This document shows positions 13,681 to 26,609 of a DNA stretch of 64,000 nt, piece by piece (the first letter of the stretch is position 1; every line of letters starts with the position of its first letter). The stretch comes from Eledone cirrhosa. Lineage: Eukaryota. The notes under the pieces are model-generated. The model had not been told where the DNA came from. It ran no database searches and saw only the letters and a program-made list of their open reading frames with translations. The translations under genes and the position numbers were made by a program. Location: contig OZ024742.1 in the NCBI GenBank assembly GCA_964016885.1, positions 189,658,001-189,722,000 on the forward strand. The letters run 5' to 3'.

Positions 13681-14074
13681 TATATATTGGTAAACGGAAT
13701 AGAAAATGCTGACAAATTGTTCACAGTTGAAAAATGGTTTAATTAGGAATAAAAGAGTATTAGTGATTGTATGGGTTAGTATTCAGTTGTGGTTTTAAGT
13801 TTTTAAGTTTTTACCGGTTGCGCATTTCTAAATGCTTTTCAAAAATAATTTTGAGATAGAGTGTCCGTGCTGTTTGCTCCGATCAGAGCAAACAGCACGG
13901 ACACTCTATCTCAAAATTATTTTTGAAAAGCATTTAGAAATGCGCAACCGGTAAAAACTTAAAAACTTAAAACCACAACTGAATACTAACCCATACAATC
14001 ACTAATACTCTTTTATTCCTAATTAAACCATTTTTCAACTGTGAACAATTTGTCAGCATTTTCTATTCCGTTTA

Positions 14075-14084
<10 letters not shown>
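13681..14084. repeat. Perfect fold-back element in a (TA)n array: 199-bp arms, centre CGATCA
   Basis: 13681-13879 is the exact reverse complement of 13886-14084; (TA)n on both sides. Confidence 0.95.
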
Positions 14085-14120
<36 letters not shown>

Positions 14121-14585
14121 TACATACATATATATATATATGTGTGTGTGTGTGTGTAGCAATATCTGCAATCTCTGTATAAACTCAAAAAAGTGGTTGA
14201 AAATAGATCACAATTTTGATCCGCCTTATATTTCTGGAGATATGGTTAATGAGCTTTGAAACCTTAGGTAGCACTTTTGTTCCATGTATGAACATAAATA
14301 AATGATATATATCTATAGTTTAGGTGAACCTGAGTCAACCCTCTGCAAAACACACACAACAGATCGATACACAATTTAAATCTAAATACACGTAAATAAA
14401 ACGTCATCGTTTTTTAAAATATATACATAAGCATATATCGACAGCCGACGGACTTTCATCAAATTGGACTGAGGAAACAATGTTTCCATTGGTCTTTCTA
14501 ATTGCTAATACTATCTATCAGTCCAGGTAGAAGGAGCCAAGTGAAATGTATATATATATACATTCCAAAGAGATTGTTTTGGTAA

Positions 14586-15027
14586 CCCCACCCACACCGC
14601 CCCTTTCAATGTAAAGTTATGTTGGTCCCACAACATCCAGGCCGAAACAAATGAGATCGTGTAGGTGTCACGACAAAAAACACACAGTCCACGCTGTAAA
14701 TGTGGCCGTGTAGGCAACACGGTAAAAACCTCCCAGCCCCACACTGTAAATGTGGTTGGTGTTAGGAAGGGCATCCAGCTGTAGAAAACCCGCCAGACAG
14801 TCCACGCTGTAATGTGGCCGTGTAGGCAACACGGTAAAAACCTCCCAGCCCCACACTGTAAATGTGGTTGGTGTTAGGAAGGGCATCCAACTGTAGAAAA
14901 CCCGCCAGACAGTCCTATGCGAGCAAGACAACCACTCTTGCCTCAAGTGGGAAAACCCCCGTCCAAACCCATGCAAGCGTGGAACACGGACGCTAAACCT
15001 GATGATGATGATGATGATGATGATGAT
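14586..15027 (+). mobile_element. RTE subfamily B 3'-UTR fragment with a ~104-bp internal tandem duplication and (GAT)n tail
   Basis: Matches the 3' end of the RTE at 36992-37390 (reverse complement); the segment from ACAGTCCACGCTGTA to CCGCCAG occurs twice. Confidence 0.85.
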
Positions 15028-15102
15028 ATAAGTAGAAGGAATATTTAATTTGTTGGAAATCCAACAAATATAAATGTTTATAACTGATTCAGAGCATTGA
15101 AA

Positions 15103-15505
15103 TCATCATCATCATCATCATCACCGTTTTACGTCCGTTCTTCCACGCTAGCATGGGTTAGACGGGTTGTCCTGTTGTGGGCAGTGTCTGGTCGGCTGAC
15201 CATGCCTTGCTCATACAGGAACTGATCTGGCTTGATTTCTACAGCTGGATGCCCTTCCTAACACCAACCTCATTTACAGTGAGTGCTGGGTGCTTTTTCG
15301 TGGCGCCTACACGTCCACTTTACAGTGTGGGCTGGGTGCTTTTTTGCCGTGGCACCTCCACGACCACCTTGCGGTGGTGGTGGGGGGGGGGCATATTGTT
15401 TATATGCTTCAGCATGTACCCATGGGAGGTCGGGTACCCTGTATTACTGCGTGACGCCAGAAGTCACGGTCGTGTGTCATTGACTTTGAGAGGTGTAGTT
15501 GGGTA
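15103..15505 (-). mobile_element. RTE subfamily A 3' fragment
   Basis: Collinear with 22338-22745, including the ORF end and (GAT)n tail. Confidence 0.85.
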
Positions 15506-15780
15506 ATATAAAATGTTGAAATATAAATAATATAAATGTTGAAATATAAAATGATATTAAATAAATGGAAACTATATTTATAAAACCATATTTATTCTAT
15601 TATATATATTTCAAGGGTACCAAAAAACTTTGGTACGCTTTCATCAGATAAAATACAAAGAGTGTTTTATAAATGTTGACATAACCAAGGATAATCATAC
15701 CCTATCAGTTGAATATTCCCTGGGTATATATATAATAGAATAAATATGGTTTTATAAATATAGTTTCCATTATTTAATAT

Positions 15781-15817
<37 letters not shown>

Positions 15818-15905
15818 TATATATATGTATGTATATATATATAGGTATATATATACACATGTATATATATATATATGTATATATATATGTGTATATATAT
15901 GTGTA

Positions 15906-16266
15906 TCATCATCACCGTTTTACGTCCGTTCTTCCAAGCTAACATGGGTTAGACGGGTTGTCCTGTTGTGGGCAGTGTCTGGTCAGCTGACCATGCCTTG
16001 CTCATACAGGAACTGATTTTGACTTGATTTCTACAGCTGGATGCCCTTCCTAACACCAACCTCATTCACAGTGAGTGATGGGTGCTTTTTCCGTGGCGCC
16101 TACACATCCACTTTACAGTGTGGGCTGGGTGCTTTTTTGCCGGGGCACCTCCATGACCACCTTGCAGTGGGAGGGTGAGGGGGCATATTGTCTATATGCT
16201 TCAGCTTGTACCCATGGGAGGTCGGGTACTCTGTATTACTGCATGACGCCAGAGGTCACTGGTGTG
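15906..16266 (-). mobile_element. RTE subfamily A 3' fragment, truncated at (TA)n
   Basis: Collinear with 22345-22710. Confidence 0.85.
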
Positions 16267-18039
16267 TATATATATATATAGAGTCACGCCAGAGGTCACT
16301 GGTGTATATATATATATATATACAGAGAGAGAGAGAGAAAAGATTTTTATTGTGTATTGTTGCATATAGATTTTATCAGTTTCTGTCTACAAAGTTTCAA
16401 TCATAAGGTTTTGATCAACCCAAAGTTAATGTAGAAGATACTTGTTCAGAGTGCCATGCAGTGGGAGTGAAGCCATATCTACAAGGTTAAAGCAAACTCC
16501 TTAACTGCATAGCCATATCTTATTGCTATTGAGAGAATAATGAGAAGCAGTTTGTTTTTTTTTCAGCTTATATACAAGCAATAAAGATCAAATTTGGTTT
16601 TAAAATCCAACCAAAATGGTTCACTTTGTTCCATCATTACATTCATTAAATAGTTGCTTTTGTCTTTTTCCTTTACAAACTCTGATTATAACATTTAATC
16701 TCTTCCTTTCTGGATTATTATCATTAGTAAGCTTACATTTATTGCTTTAATCCATAAAGTCATGTACCTCATGAAACCACATTAGCAATACATTCTTGAA
16801 TAGTACAAAACTGCACTAGGACTTACATTAAATATTAGATTTTTTCTCTAGCACTGCAACTTTTCACAATGTTCTGTCCCATAAAAATATATTATAAACA
16901 TTTGATTTAACAAATCTGTTTTAGACATTTTCTACTAAATTATTACAGGATGTTAAGGGGTTAAAGATCTGTATGAACTCTTATACAATGTGTAATAAAA
17001 ATACATTTAGTTTTACTGTGAGTATTATAATCAGTAAGGGACAGTGATCATATCATATAACTGATAACAACCTATCTGTGAAATTATCACAGCTTAAAAA
17101 TACTCAGAACAAAACTATACATATGTTCATATATCCTCTATCTGGAACCATGCTGTGTAAGTACCATCATGGATACTAGACAGTCAAGCTTGCACTATAT
17201 GTAATTAAGCTTTCAACAAGGAAAGTTTTCTTACATAAACTATAAAACTTAAAAGTCTTTCATACCTCAATATTTCTGAATATGTAAGCATTGATGAAGA
17301 TGAATAATAACTTTAAAATATATATACACACCACTCTTACATGAATACTGAAGTAGCTGTGATAAAACCACAGATTAAAATAATCCTTATGGGACTAAAT
17401 CTATGTTCATAATGTATAAACATATTGTATATAGATCCACATACAACTTTATTCTGAATGATGCTCTCTTTGTTAGTGCTATTGCTAATTTAATAGTTTT
17501 TCCTTGTTTGGGAAGTTCAGTTATCTATGGTGGTCTGCCCTTTTCTGCTGTTATAGGTTGGCACTATTTAAAATTATCAAAGACTCATAATTTTTTAAAA
17601 AAGAAATAGATATATATTTATTCTTCTTGTTTATTTCTTGTGAAATTTTCCAATAACATACTTCAAACTTAACATCATTTTAATTGAAGGAATATGGCAT
17701 TGTGGTTAGTATGTTTGGCTCATGATTATAAGGTTGTGAGTTCAAAGTCTAAACCAAGTGGTATGTTGTTTAATTGAGGGAGGCACTCCATTTCATATTG
17801 CTTCAGTGCATTCAGCAGCAGCTGAGGCTTAATATTATAAGGGACTTGGAGTCTTGCATTCTCTCAGTTGCTTAACACCAGTAAACCCCGGAAAAACCAT
17901 TGTCAGATGAGGCTAAAAAGATACTTAACTTTTATCAACACTTTTATGTAAAATCTGAAATGATGATTTGAGATATTTTTAGTTAAGCTACTCTAATAAG
18001 TTACATTGGCTATTCCTATAATATTATATTGCTTGTGTT

Positions 18040-18375
18040 TATGAGAAGGGGATTGGCACACGATTGGTTCTGATGATGAGTGTTCCAGTTGTTTGATCAA
18101 TGGAACAGCCTACTCATTAAATTAATGTGCAAGTGGCTGAGCAGTCCACAGACACTAGAACCATTAACACAGTTCTCTGGGAGATTCACGATAACAGGGT
18201 TTGTGACAAAGCTGTCTCTTAGAAATGCATGTACAACTTATATTTGCCATCTGAATAAACTGGAGCAATGTGAAATAGAGTGACTTGCTCAAGGATAATG
18301 TGCCACAGCCTCCAAAACTCATGACCTCACCATCATGAGCTGAACATTTTAACCACTAAGCCATGCATCTTCACC
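18040..18375 (-). mobile_element. SINE family 2-related copy with a different 3' body
   Basis: CTGGAGCAATGTGAAAT..TTGCTCAAGG..AACCACTAAGCCATG is the reverse complement of the family 2 head and core; the body resembles 58170-58460. Confidence 0.65.
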
Positions 18376-19164
18376 GTCATTTTATTATATATCATTATAT
18401 GTCATTATATTATCTAATTAGTGTTGGTCAATGTCCACTATTTTAATTATATATTATGTTCTTACTGTCCATAAATATGGTTACTAGAAATTGACTCCAT
18501 GAATATTTGTAAATATTCCTTCTCCTTTAGCAAGTGAAGCAGATAAATAAAATTATAACATTTTCCAAGTTATTTACAAGCCATTGAATTTTATATTCCA
18601 AACTTTGAGCTGAAAGTTATATTTCACATTGGGGATGCCGCAGTTGGTGACTTTTTCTCCTTCCTACATCTTGGATGCTGCAGCGAAGGTGAAAGACATA
18701 TTCTCTGCTCTTGAATACTTACCCCCTCTCCCTGCTTATTATTTTTTCAGATTTTTTCAACCCATCTGCTTGTATCCCCCCCCCCACACACACACACACA
18801 CACCACCACCACCACCACACACACACACACAGGCATTTATTAAATTTTGCTAGTCTATCTCCAGTGAAATTTCATTTTAAGTGGTAGCTTTCTTGCAACA
18901 ATTAATTTTCTTTATACATTAAATAGCATTATACGTGTCAAGAAAAGTACATTACCAGAAATCCCATACGTAATAAAATAAATTGGATGGGTTGGAGTTT
19001 CAATATGTAAACTAAATTACTAATTCTGGTTTTTAAAACATCAACACAGACAATCTAGAAAAATTACCAATTTTCCACTACCACCTCCTCGTTTATTCCA
19101 GCCCCTTTGCTTATCCCAACTTCCCCCACTTATTCAACCCCCCCCCCCTTCCCTTCCCTATTAT

Positions 19165-19410
19165 TTGGACCCAAGAGTAACTCAAAAGAATAAAATTCTA
19201 AAATACCAGGAATTATCAACAAACTATCTTTTTCAGTCTTTGGCATTCAAGACATTTAAGGGAGCTGGCCCAATGACAACAAAGTTTTTATCATTGTTGG
19301 GGTTTCAACTTATTGATATATCAGATGCTTGGTCATTCCAATATTTTAGAATACCTGTCACAAATGATAATGCAGCAACTGATTTTCCTTGCCTAAAAAA
19401 TCATTTTGAA
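19165..19410 (+). pseudogene. C-terminal RLE fragment of a CRE-like LINE
   Basis: KILKYQELSTNYLFQSLAFKTF..GP..DNAA...CLKN aligns by eye with 30607-30975; an upstream piece lies at ~18625-18690. Confidence 0.55.
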
Positions 19411-19885
19411 GGAAACTTCTTGTTGTTTTGTGTTATTCAGTGTATATCTCCTCTCACATTCTTTTCGTTTTTACCTCTTTTTTAAAATAAAAATTGTGTT
19501 TGTTTGTATGAATTATTATGTAAAATAATTCTGAATTGATTTAAATTAAAACTTTCATAATTATTTCAAATAAATTGGAAAAGTAATAACCACAGAATTT
19601 TATATAACTATCACTGTCAATAAATATTTTGTGACTGGTTTTGACATATATGACAAAAAAAAAAAGTAAAAAAGCCTTAAATGTGTCAAACACAACTAGT
19701 GTGACACAAAAGTATTTTAAAATTGTGCAGATAAGTCAATTTAAGTTATTTCCTTGAAAATTATAACTTTTCATTTTTATGCTCTGAAAAGATTTCACTT
19801 TAGACAAAAATAAGATAAATACATACATGACCATCACCATTTAACACACATTCTCCTTTATATACATTCATACACACACACACAC

Positions 19886-19950
<65 letters not shown>

Positions 19951-20340
19951 TACTTTGGGAGGGTCATAACAATATATAACAATATCGGTTTCAACACACG
20001 TTTTCAGATAAAGAATCTTGCTAAACAAATTCAGAAACGAAATATCGAAATATATATATATATATATATGAAAACAGGGAGAAAAAGACAATTATTAGGA
20101 AGAAAAATATATTTTTTTCTTTTTTATTTATTTCTCTCTTTTTTCTGGGTTAGAAAATGATTAAAACGAAATATTTTACTTTGTGTGAAGTGTTAAGGTA
20201 TTATTTGATTTATTTATTAATTAACAATGGCATTTATTTATTTATTTATATATTTAATAATTGTCTATTACCGGTTTCACCATTTTTCTGCATTATCAAA
20301 TGATAGTAATATGTAGAATGGTGGTATATATATATATATA

Positions 20341-20412
<72 letters not shown>

Positions 20413-20673
20413 GGTTTGAGGTTCACCACTGGATAGAGCTGGTCAATATATATATATAGAGAGAGAGAGAGCGAGAGAGGGGGGACCAAGTGAGAGACTG
20501 AGATAAAATCCCAACAGGTGACACCAAGTGGTTTCGTGATTTTACTTACCTCTACACCCACTTCTCATCTCCCCATGCATTGAATACTCCAATAATTAGT
20601 GGTCTCACCATTCTCAGCAGAGCAGACTCTCTCTCTCTCTCCCTCTCTCTCTCTCACTCTCTCTCTCTCTCTA

Positions 20674-20709
<36 letters not shown>

Positions 20710-20793
20710 GATATAATAAATTAAAAAACGGAGTTAAAGACTCACATTAATCCCCTATAATTTAATGAACTCAAGGGATAGACCCGGGCTCTT

Positions 20794-21234
20794 TATAAGA
20801 CAATTTATAAAGAAAAGTACACAAAGAGATGTGTGTTCAGTTATAGGGGATGTAAGACCACCAGAGTGAAAATCATATAATCTACGAACAGAATGAGAAG
20901 TACAGAAGAATTAAAAGGATAAATTAAAGTGTACAGACCATTGTTTATAACTATATCTCCTGGACACGCTGAAAGCATGTTTCACCACAAATTAAGTGTA
21001 GAATCATACCACTGATGGTTTATCAACAGGAGGAGAAATGATATGTGGTGAAACATGCTTTCACAGTGTCCAGGAGATATAGTTATAAACAATGAACACT
21101 TTAATTTATCCTTTTAATTCTTGTGTATTTTCTATTCTGTTCGTAGATTATATGATTTTCACTCTGGTGGTCTTACATCACCTATAATTGAACACACATC
21201 TCTTTGTGTACTTTTCTCTATAATCTGTCTTATA
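20794..21234. repeat. Imperfect fold-back element (~195-bp arms, 54-bp spacer) next to TA arrays
   Basis: 20794-20989 and 21044-21234 are reverse complements with scattered mismatches and indels; inner ends CATGTTTCACCACA / TGTGGTGAAACATG. Confidence 0.92.
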
Positions 21235-21472
21235 TATATATTTATATACATATATATATATCATCATCATTATCATCAGTATTTTTGCATCAACTTTTCG
21301 ATGCCAGTGTGGGTTGAAAGGGGCTTTTTTGAGACTTTATTTTATATCTGGGTGTCCTTCATGACACAAACGTTTCTAACTACTTCTTATGATATGCAGG
21401 GGTATGGTGTACCTACCTATTGTGTAAATATGTATGTATATGTATATGTATATATGGATACACACACACATC

Positions 21473-21511
<39 letters not shown>

Positions 21512-21800
21512 CATCATCATTATCAAGATCATTTTTATGTGTGCTTTTCCATGGCAGCTTGGGTTGGACAAAACCTTATTTTGTGTGTGTGTGTATGATG
21601 GGGTCTGAATGTTTATGATACAAATGTATTGTGTTAAACTGGATGACAGATAATAAGTAGAATCCATTTTAATGCATTTTGCACAGTTTATGTCTACCCA
21701 ATTTCACACAGAAGAAATTTTTTTTTCAATTTGCAATACGATTGAACCAGAAGAAGTTTCAGGTGGTTTGGTATAAGAAAAAATTAAAAACTGCCCTTAA

Positions 21801-22016
21801 CCCTTTAGTATTTACATTACTCTATATTTATTATTGTATTTTCACAGCAAACACATTATTTCACATTATTATCTCACATAATATCGAATCGACGAGATTT
21901 TGATATTATTATTTTGAGAACAATACCTTAACATAAATTTAAGCAGTCAGTTACAGCTGGTTTAAACAGAAATGAGACAATTCTGGCCGAATATGGTCGG
22001 TTTAAATGCTAAATTG
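21801..22016. mobile_element. TTAA-flanked piggyBac-like MITE
   Basis: TTAA-CCCTTTAGTATTTA...TAAATGCTAAATTG-TTAA; homologous to 43027-43234. Confidence 0.8.
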
Positions 22017-22337
22017 TTAAAGTCAAATTTGTTTTCAGTTCTTTCACTCTCGATAAATTAAATACCTGTTCGTGGAATACTTAGAACAATTTTCTCTTTA
22101 GTCCTTTGTATTCTGGATTAAGTTGTGACATTGCTGGTGTAAAGTTGGCTCAATTGTATTTCCCTTTGACAACAATGTTGTCATGGAGAAAGGAGACTTA
22201 CATATATAGGTGACATATATATGGTCTTCTACAAAACATCTTACCTAGGCTTGTACATTGGTGAGGAACTTTCCAGGTGCAAACTGATGATCAGAATTGA
22301 CCGAAGGCCACCTTAAAAGATATATGTATATATATAA

Positions 22338-24458
22338 TCATCATCATCATCATCACCGATTTACGTCCGTTCTTCCATGCTAGCATGGGTTAGACGGGTT
22401 GTCCTGTTGTGGGCAGTGTCTGGTCGGCTGACCATGCATTGCTCATACAGGAACTGATTTTGGCTTGATTTCTACAGCTGGATGCTCTTCCTAACACCAA
22501 CCTCATTTACAGTGAGTGCTGGGTGCTTTTTTCTGTGGCGCCTACACATCCACTTTACAGTGTGGGCTGGGTGCTTTTTTGCCGTGGCACCTCCATGACC
22601 ACTTTGCAGTGGGAGGGTGAGGGGGCATATTGTCTATATGCTTCAGCTTCGGCTTGTATCCATGGGGGGTCGGGTACTCTGTATTACTGCATGACGCCAG
22701 AGGTCACGGTCGTGTGTCATCGCCTTCAAGAGGTGTAATTGGGTAAGGTCGGCTCTTATCACCTCATCACAGGTCTTCTTGGGTTTCCTCCCACTCCATG
22801 GTTTCCAATGACTTGTAGTGCTCTGCACCTTTTTATGCAGCTGTCATCCTTCATACGCATCACATGTCCATACCAACACAACCGCCTCTCCTGCACACAG
22901 CATTTGATTCCTCTTATTCTCAGTCTCTCCCTCAATTCATTTATGCTTTGCCGTTCACGTATATTACTATTACATATCCATCGGAGCATGCAGGCTTCGT
23001 TTCTTTCTAATCTATATAGGTCTTCCACCTTCAGTGCCCAGGTCTCACTACCATGTAACATTGCTGTTCGTATACACACATCATACAGTCTGCCTTTCAT
23101 TTTGAGGGAAAAGCCTTTTGCAGCTAGCAGTGGCAGTAGTTCCCTGAACTTCTTCCATCCCGTTCTTACCCTAGATATTGTACTTTCTGAACACCCACCT
23201 CCACAGCTAATTCGGTCACCTAGGTAGCAGAAGCTGTCTACTGTTTCTACAGAGCCCTCCCAGAGATTGGTGGTACTTGTTTCCTGTGGCTGTTTGCTGC
23301 TTGCTGTCCCAGCACAGCTGCTATATGTGAAGCCTACATTCTTAATTAAGCTTCTTGAGATCCCGCTACATCTCTTGTCTACCCCTTGTTTGCATTTGGG
23401 GCAGAGAATGGAGTTCCTACCTACACCTTTCCTACATACTGAGCAAGGCCATTTCCCTGAGGGGATCTGGGTTCTGTTTTCTTGTCTACTTACAAGGACC
23501 TTAGTCTTTGTCAGGTTGACTTTGAGACCCTTTCTTTTTAGTCCCTGCCTCCAAGTTTGGAATTTCTTCTCTAGTTCTACCATAGATTCAGCTATAAGTG
23601 CGAGGTCATCTGCATACAGGAGTTCCCATGGGCATCCGGTCTTAAACTCCTCCATTATTGCCTGCAGGATTATGATGAACAGGAGAGGGCTAAGAACAGA
23701 GCCCTGGTGGAAACCAACCTGTACGCTAAATTCCTCGCTATACTCATTCCTAATCCTAACTTTGCTGACTGCTCCACTGTACATAGCTTGTACAGCTTTC
23801 ACAAGCCATTCATCTACTCCTAGTTTTCTAAGAGCCCACCAGATTATAGCACGTGGAACTCTGTCAAAGGCTTTCTCGAGATCGACGAATGCCAAGTAGA
23901 GTGGCTTACTTTTAGCTAGGTACTTTTCCTGTAACTACCTCACAAGGAAGAGGGCATCAGTGGTGCCTCTTCCTGGTACAAACCCAAATTGCATCTCATC
24001 TAGTTTCACCCGGTCCCTAATCAACTGTGCTATAACTCTTTCTGTTACTTTCATGACCTGGTTCATCAGCTTTATACCTCTATAGTTTCCTCTATCTAGT
24101 GCATCACCTTTACCTTTGTAGCAGTTGAGAATGATGCTACTGCACCAATCTTTTGGTATGACACCTTCTAGTATTACCTGGTTAACCATACGTGTGGTTA
24201 TAGTGTGACCTATGTAATGTACTCTGCTTCCCCCATTCTTCCATTCTTTCCATGCCTGTCTATTGGCCTTAACTGCCTCATCTACCTTATTGTTCCACCA
24301 CCAAGTCACTCTCCTCCTGCTTGTGGTCTTACTCCAGCCACAGATCTCATCCGTTGCCTCTAGTAAGTTATTTTTTAGGAACCCCCAGTGCTCTTCTACA
24401 TTGAATGTCACTATCTGTTCTTCTTTACTGTCGTAGGCGTTGAGTAAAATATCTTTAA
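22338..24458 (-). mobile_element. RTE-clade LINE, subfamily A, 5'-truncated and disrupted
   Basis: KGKGD..NYRGIKL, QFGFVPGRGTTDA, FVDLEKAFDRV, HQGSVLSPLLF, LLYADD, AMLHGSETW and WYGHVMR motifs; in-frame stop at ~23935; frameshift near the 3' end; 3' UTR and (GAT)n tail. Confidence 0.93.
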
Positions 24459-24721
24459 ATATATATATATATACACACACTATAAATGTGGGTGGTTTAT
24501 GCTGCTAATAAAAAGATACACATCAGTTCAGTTTCACTTTGAATTTATTATATCATCATCACTGTTTAACGTCCATTTTTCCATGCTGGCATAGGTAAGA
24601 CAAGTTCCCCCATTTGAGACAAGTCAAATTAAGTGACCATATCTTGCTCATACAGAACTGTTTCTGGTTCTGTCTCTACAGCTGGATGCCCTTCCTAACA
24701 ACAACCACATTTACAATGGGA

Positions 24722-24779
<58 letters not shown>

Positions 24780-24785
<6 letters not shown>

Positions 24786-25308
24786 AAATAGTAGAGAGGA
24801 AAAAGATTTTTTCAGTAGAAAATGCTGAAGAGATTCTTTCAGTATAATATCAAAACATTTATTTATAAAAATGGATATTTCCGCATTTAATAATTGTTTC
24901 TACTATTGGCACAAGGCCAGCAATTACCCAGTACTTTACTGGTACTTTATTTTATCGACCCCGTAAGGATGAAAGGCAAAGTTAACCTCGGCGGGATTTG
25001 AACTCAGAATGGCGAGGGACGTAACTCTATGTGTCATTTAATAATGGTACCGGTTTCAGCATTATATGCTTTTTCAACTGTGGATAATAATTTTTCTTCC
25101 CCCTTTTTATTATTCGTATAAATATGTGCATAACTACATTATGCATATCCACAGTTGAAAAAGCATATAATGGTGAAACCGGTAACATTATTAAATGCGG
25201 AAATATCCACTTTATAAATAAATGTTTTAATATTATACTGAAAGAATCTCTTCAGCATTTTCTACTGAAAAAATCCTTATCCTCTCTACTATTTGTTTTT
25301 ATATATAT
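24780..25308. repeat. Fold-back element in a (TA)n array, left arm interrupted by a SINE
   Basis: 24780-24894 plus 25046-25086 is the near reverse complement of 25146-25308; spacer ~59 bp. Confidence 0.9.
24891..25030 (-). mobile_element. 5'-truncated SINE family 1 copy with an 11-bp TSD
   Basis: CATTTAATAAT at 24884-24894 and 25035-25045. Confidence 0.88.
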
Positions 25309-25600
25309 CAACTCGTGTGTTACTTTACATTCCATATATATATATACACACACACACACACCCACATATATATATATTTATTTTGTTTGACTTGTTTAGC
25401 TTGATTTGTTTTTTGGCTTAGGTGGTTAATGCCTTCTTAACCACTTTTTCAGTTTGTATGGCGTTTTAACATATTGTTTAGCTCTAGTTTTCTTAACTAT
25501 TGGAGCGCTTACCAGCATTTCTACGATTTGGGGTTTTGTTTCACTTTCTCTACCAGCCAAAATACGATTCTCGCTGAATTATATTTATATAATATAGATG

Positions 25601-25940
25601 GGGCACATGGCTTAGTGGTTAGAGCATTGGCCTTGCAATCGAAAGGTTGTGAGTTCAATTCTCAGACCGGGTGATGCGTTGTTTCCTTGAGCAAGACACT
25701 TTATTTCACATTGCTCCAGTTTACTCAGCTGTAGAAATGAGATGATAGAGACTGGGGTCCCTATTATTCCACAGCAAAGTGGTCGTGGAGGTGCCACAGC
25801 AAAAAAGCACCCAGCACTCACTGTAAATGAGGTTGGTGTTAGGAAGGGCATCCAGCTGTAGAAATCAAGCCAGAATCAGTTCCCGTCCCACCCTTGCAAA
25901 CAGGGAAAAGTGGACGTAAAATGAAATGATGAAATAAATG
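25601..25940 (+). mobile_element. SINE family 2 head joined to an RTE-A-like 3'-UTR fragment
   Basis: tRNA-like head at 25601-25760; from ~25775 it matches the RTE A 3' UTR (GGAAGGGCATCCAGCTGTAGAAA); its terminus recurs at 26023-26090. Confidence 0.7.
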
Positions 25941-25941
25941 A

Positions 25942-25974
<33 letters not shown>

Positions 25975-26056
25975 TCATCATTCATCATATTCATATATAT
26001 ATATATATATATATTCATCATTCCCACCCTTGCAAGCAGGGAAAAGCGGACGTAAA

Positions 26057-26091
<35 letters not shown>

Positions 26092-26294
26092 ATTATATTA
26101 TATATATGTATATATATATCTTGGTTGACTAGTAGATGAGTTTCACCAAGCCAACAGCTTATTTAGCTCAACATTATAATTATAATGTGTTTTAATATTT
26201 ACGCAATACAAATGGATCGTCTTGTAGCTTCCTCTGTCCTTCCTAAGGTATGAATTGTATTTCAGACACATTCTAATTGTTTTTTAATATATTT

Positions 26295-26430
26295 TATTAT
26301 TCTTCTGAAGATAGAGAGTGCTCATGTACCTATATATCATCGACTATGTATAGATATTGATTATATGAATTGTTTCATAACATTTTCAAATAATTGGATG
26401 TACAACTCCCTTGAAACATGTGTAAGAAAT
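26295..26430 (+). ncRNA. Candidate type-I hammerhead-like motif with a ~100-nt stem/loop II
   Basis: CTGAAGA at 26305-26311, AGAGAGT/ACTCCCT closing helix, GAAAC at 26413-26417, then ATGTGTAAGAA able to pair with upstream TTCTT. Confidence 0.4.
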
Positions 26431-26609
26431 TAAATATGATTTAAAAGATAATTTTTCCATCTATACATTTGTTTATATTTGCTCTATATATCCAAATCTT
26501 TCTCCCTAAAAACTTCTTTCTCTTTAAACCAATATAATATATAAACATATCAACCTAATTCTGAAAAGACATGGCAATTAAATACTATCATATATAATTC
26601 CTTACTTTC

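Noticed and set aside
14511-14976. Recurrent ORF peptide WMPFLTPTTFTV (also at 27235, 29443, 37082) suggesting a gene family
   Set aside because: It is an antisense translation of the non-coding RTE 3' UTR.
22739-23899. Plus-strand ORFs of 162 and 210 aa (also 37454-38941)
   Set aside because: Antisense shadows of the minus-strand RTE ORFs.
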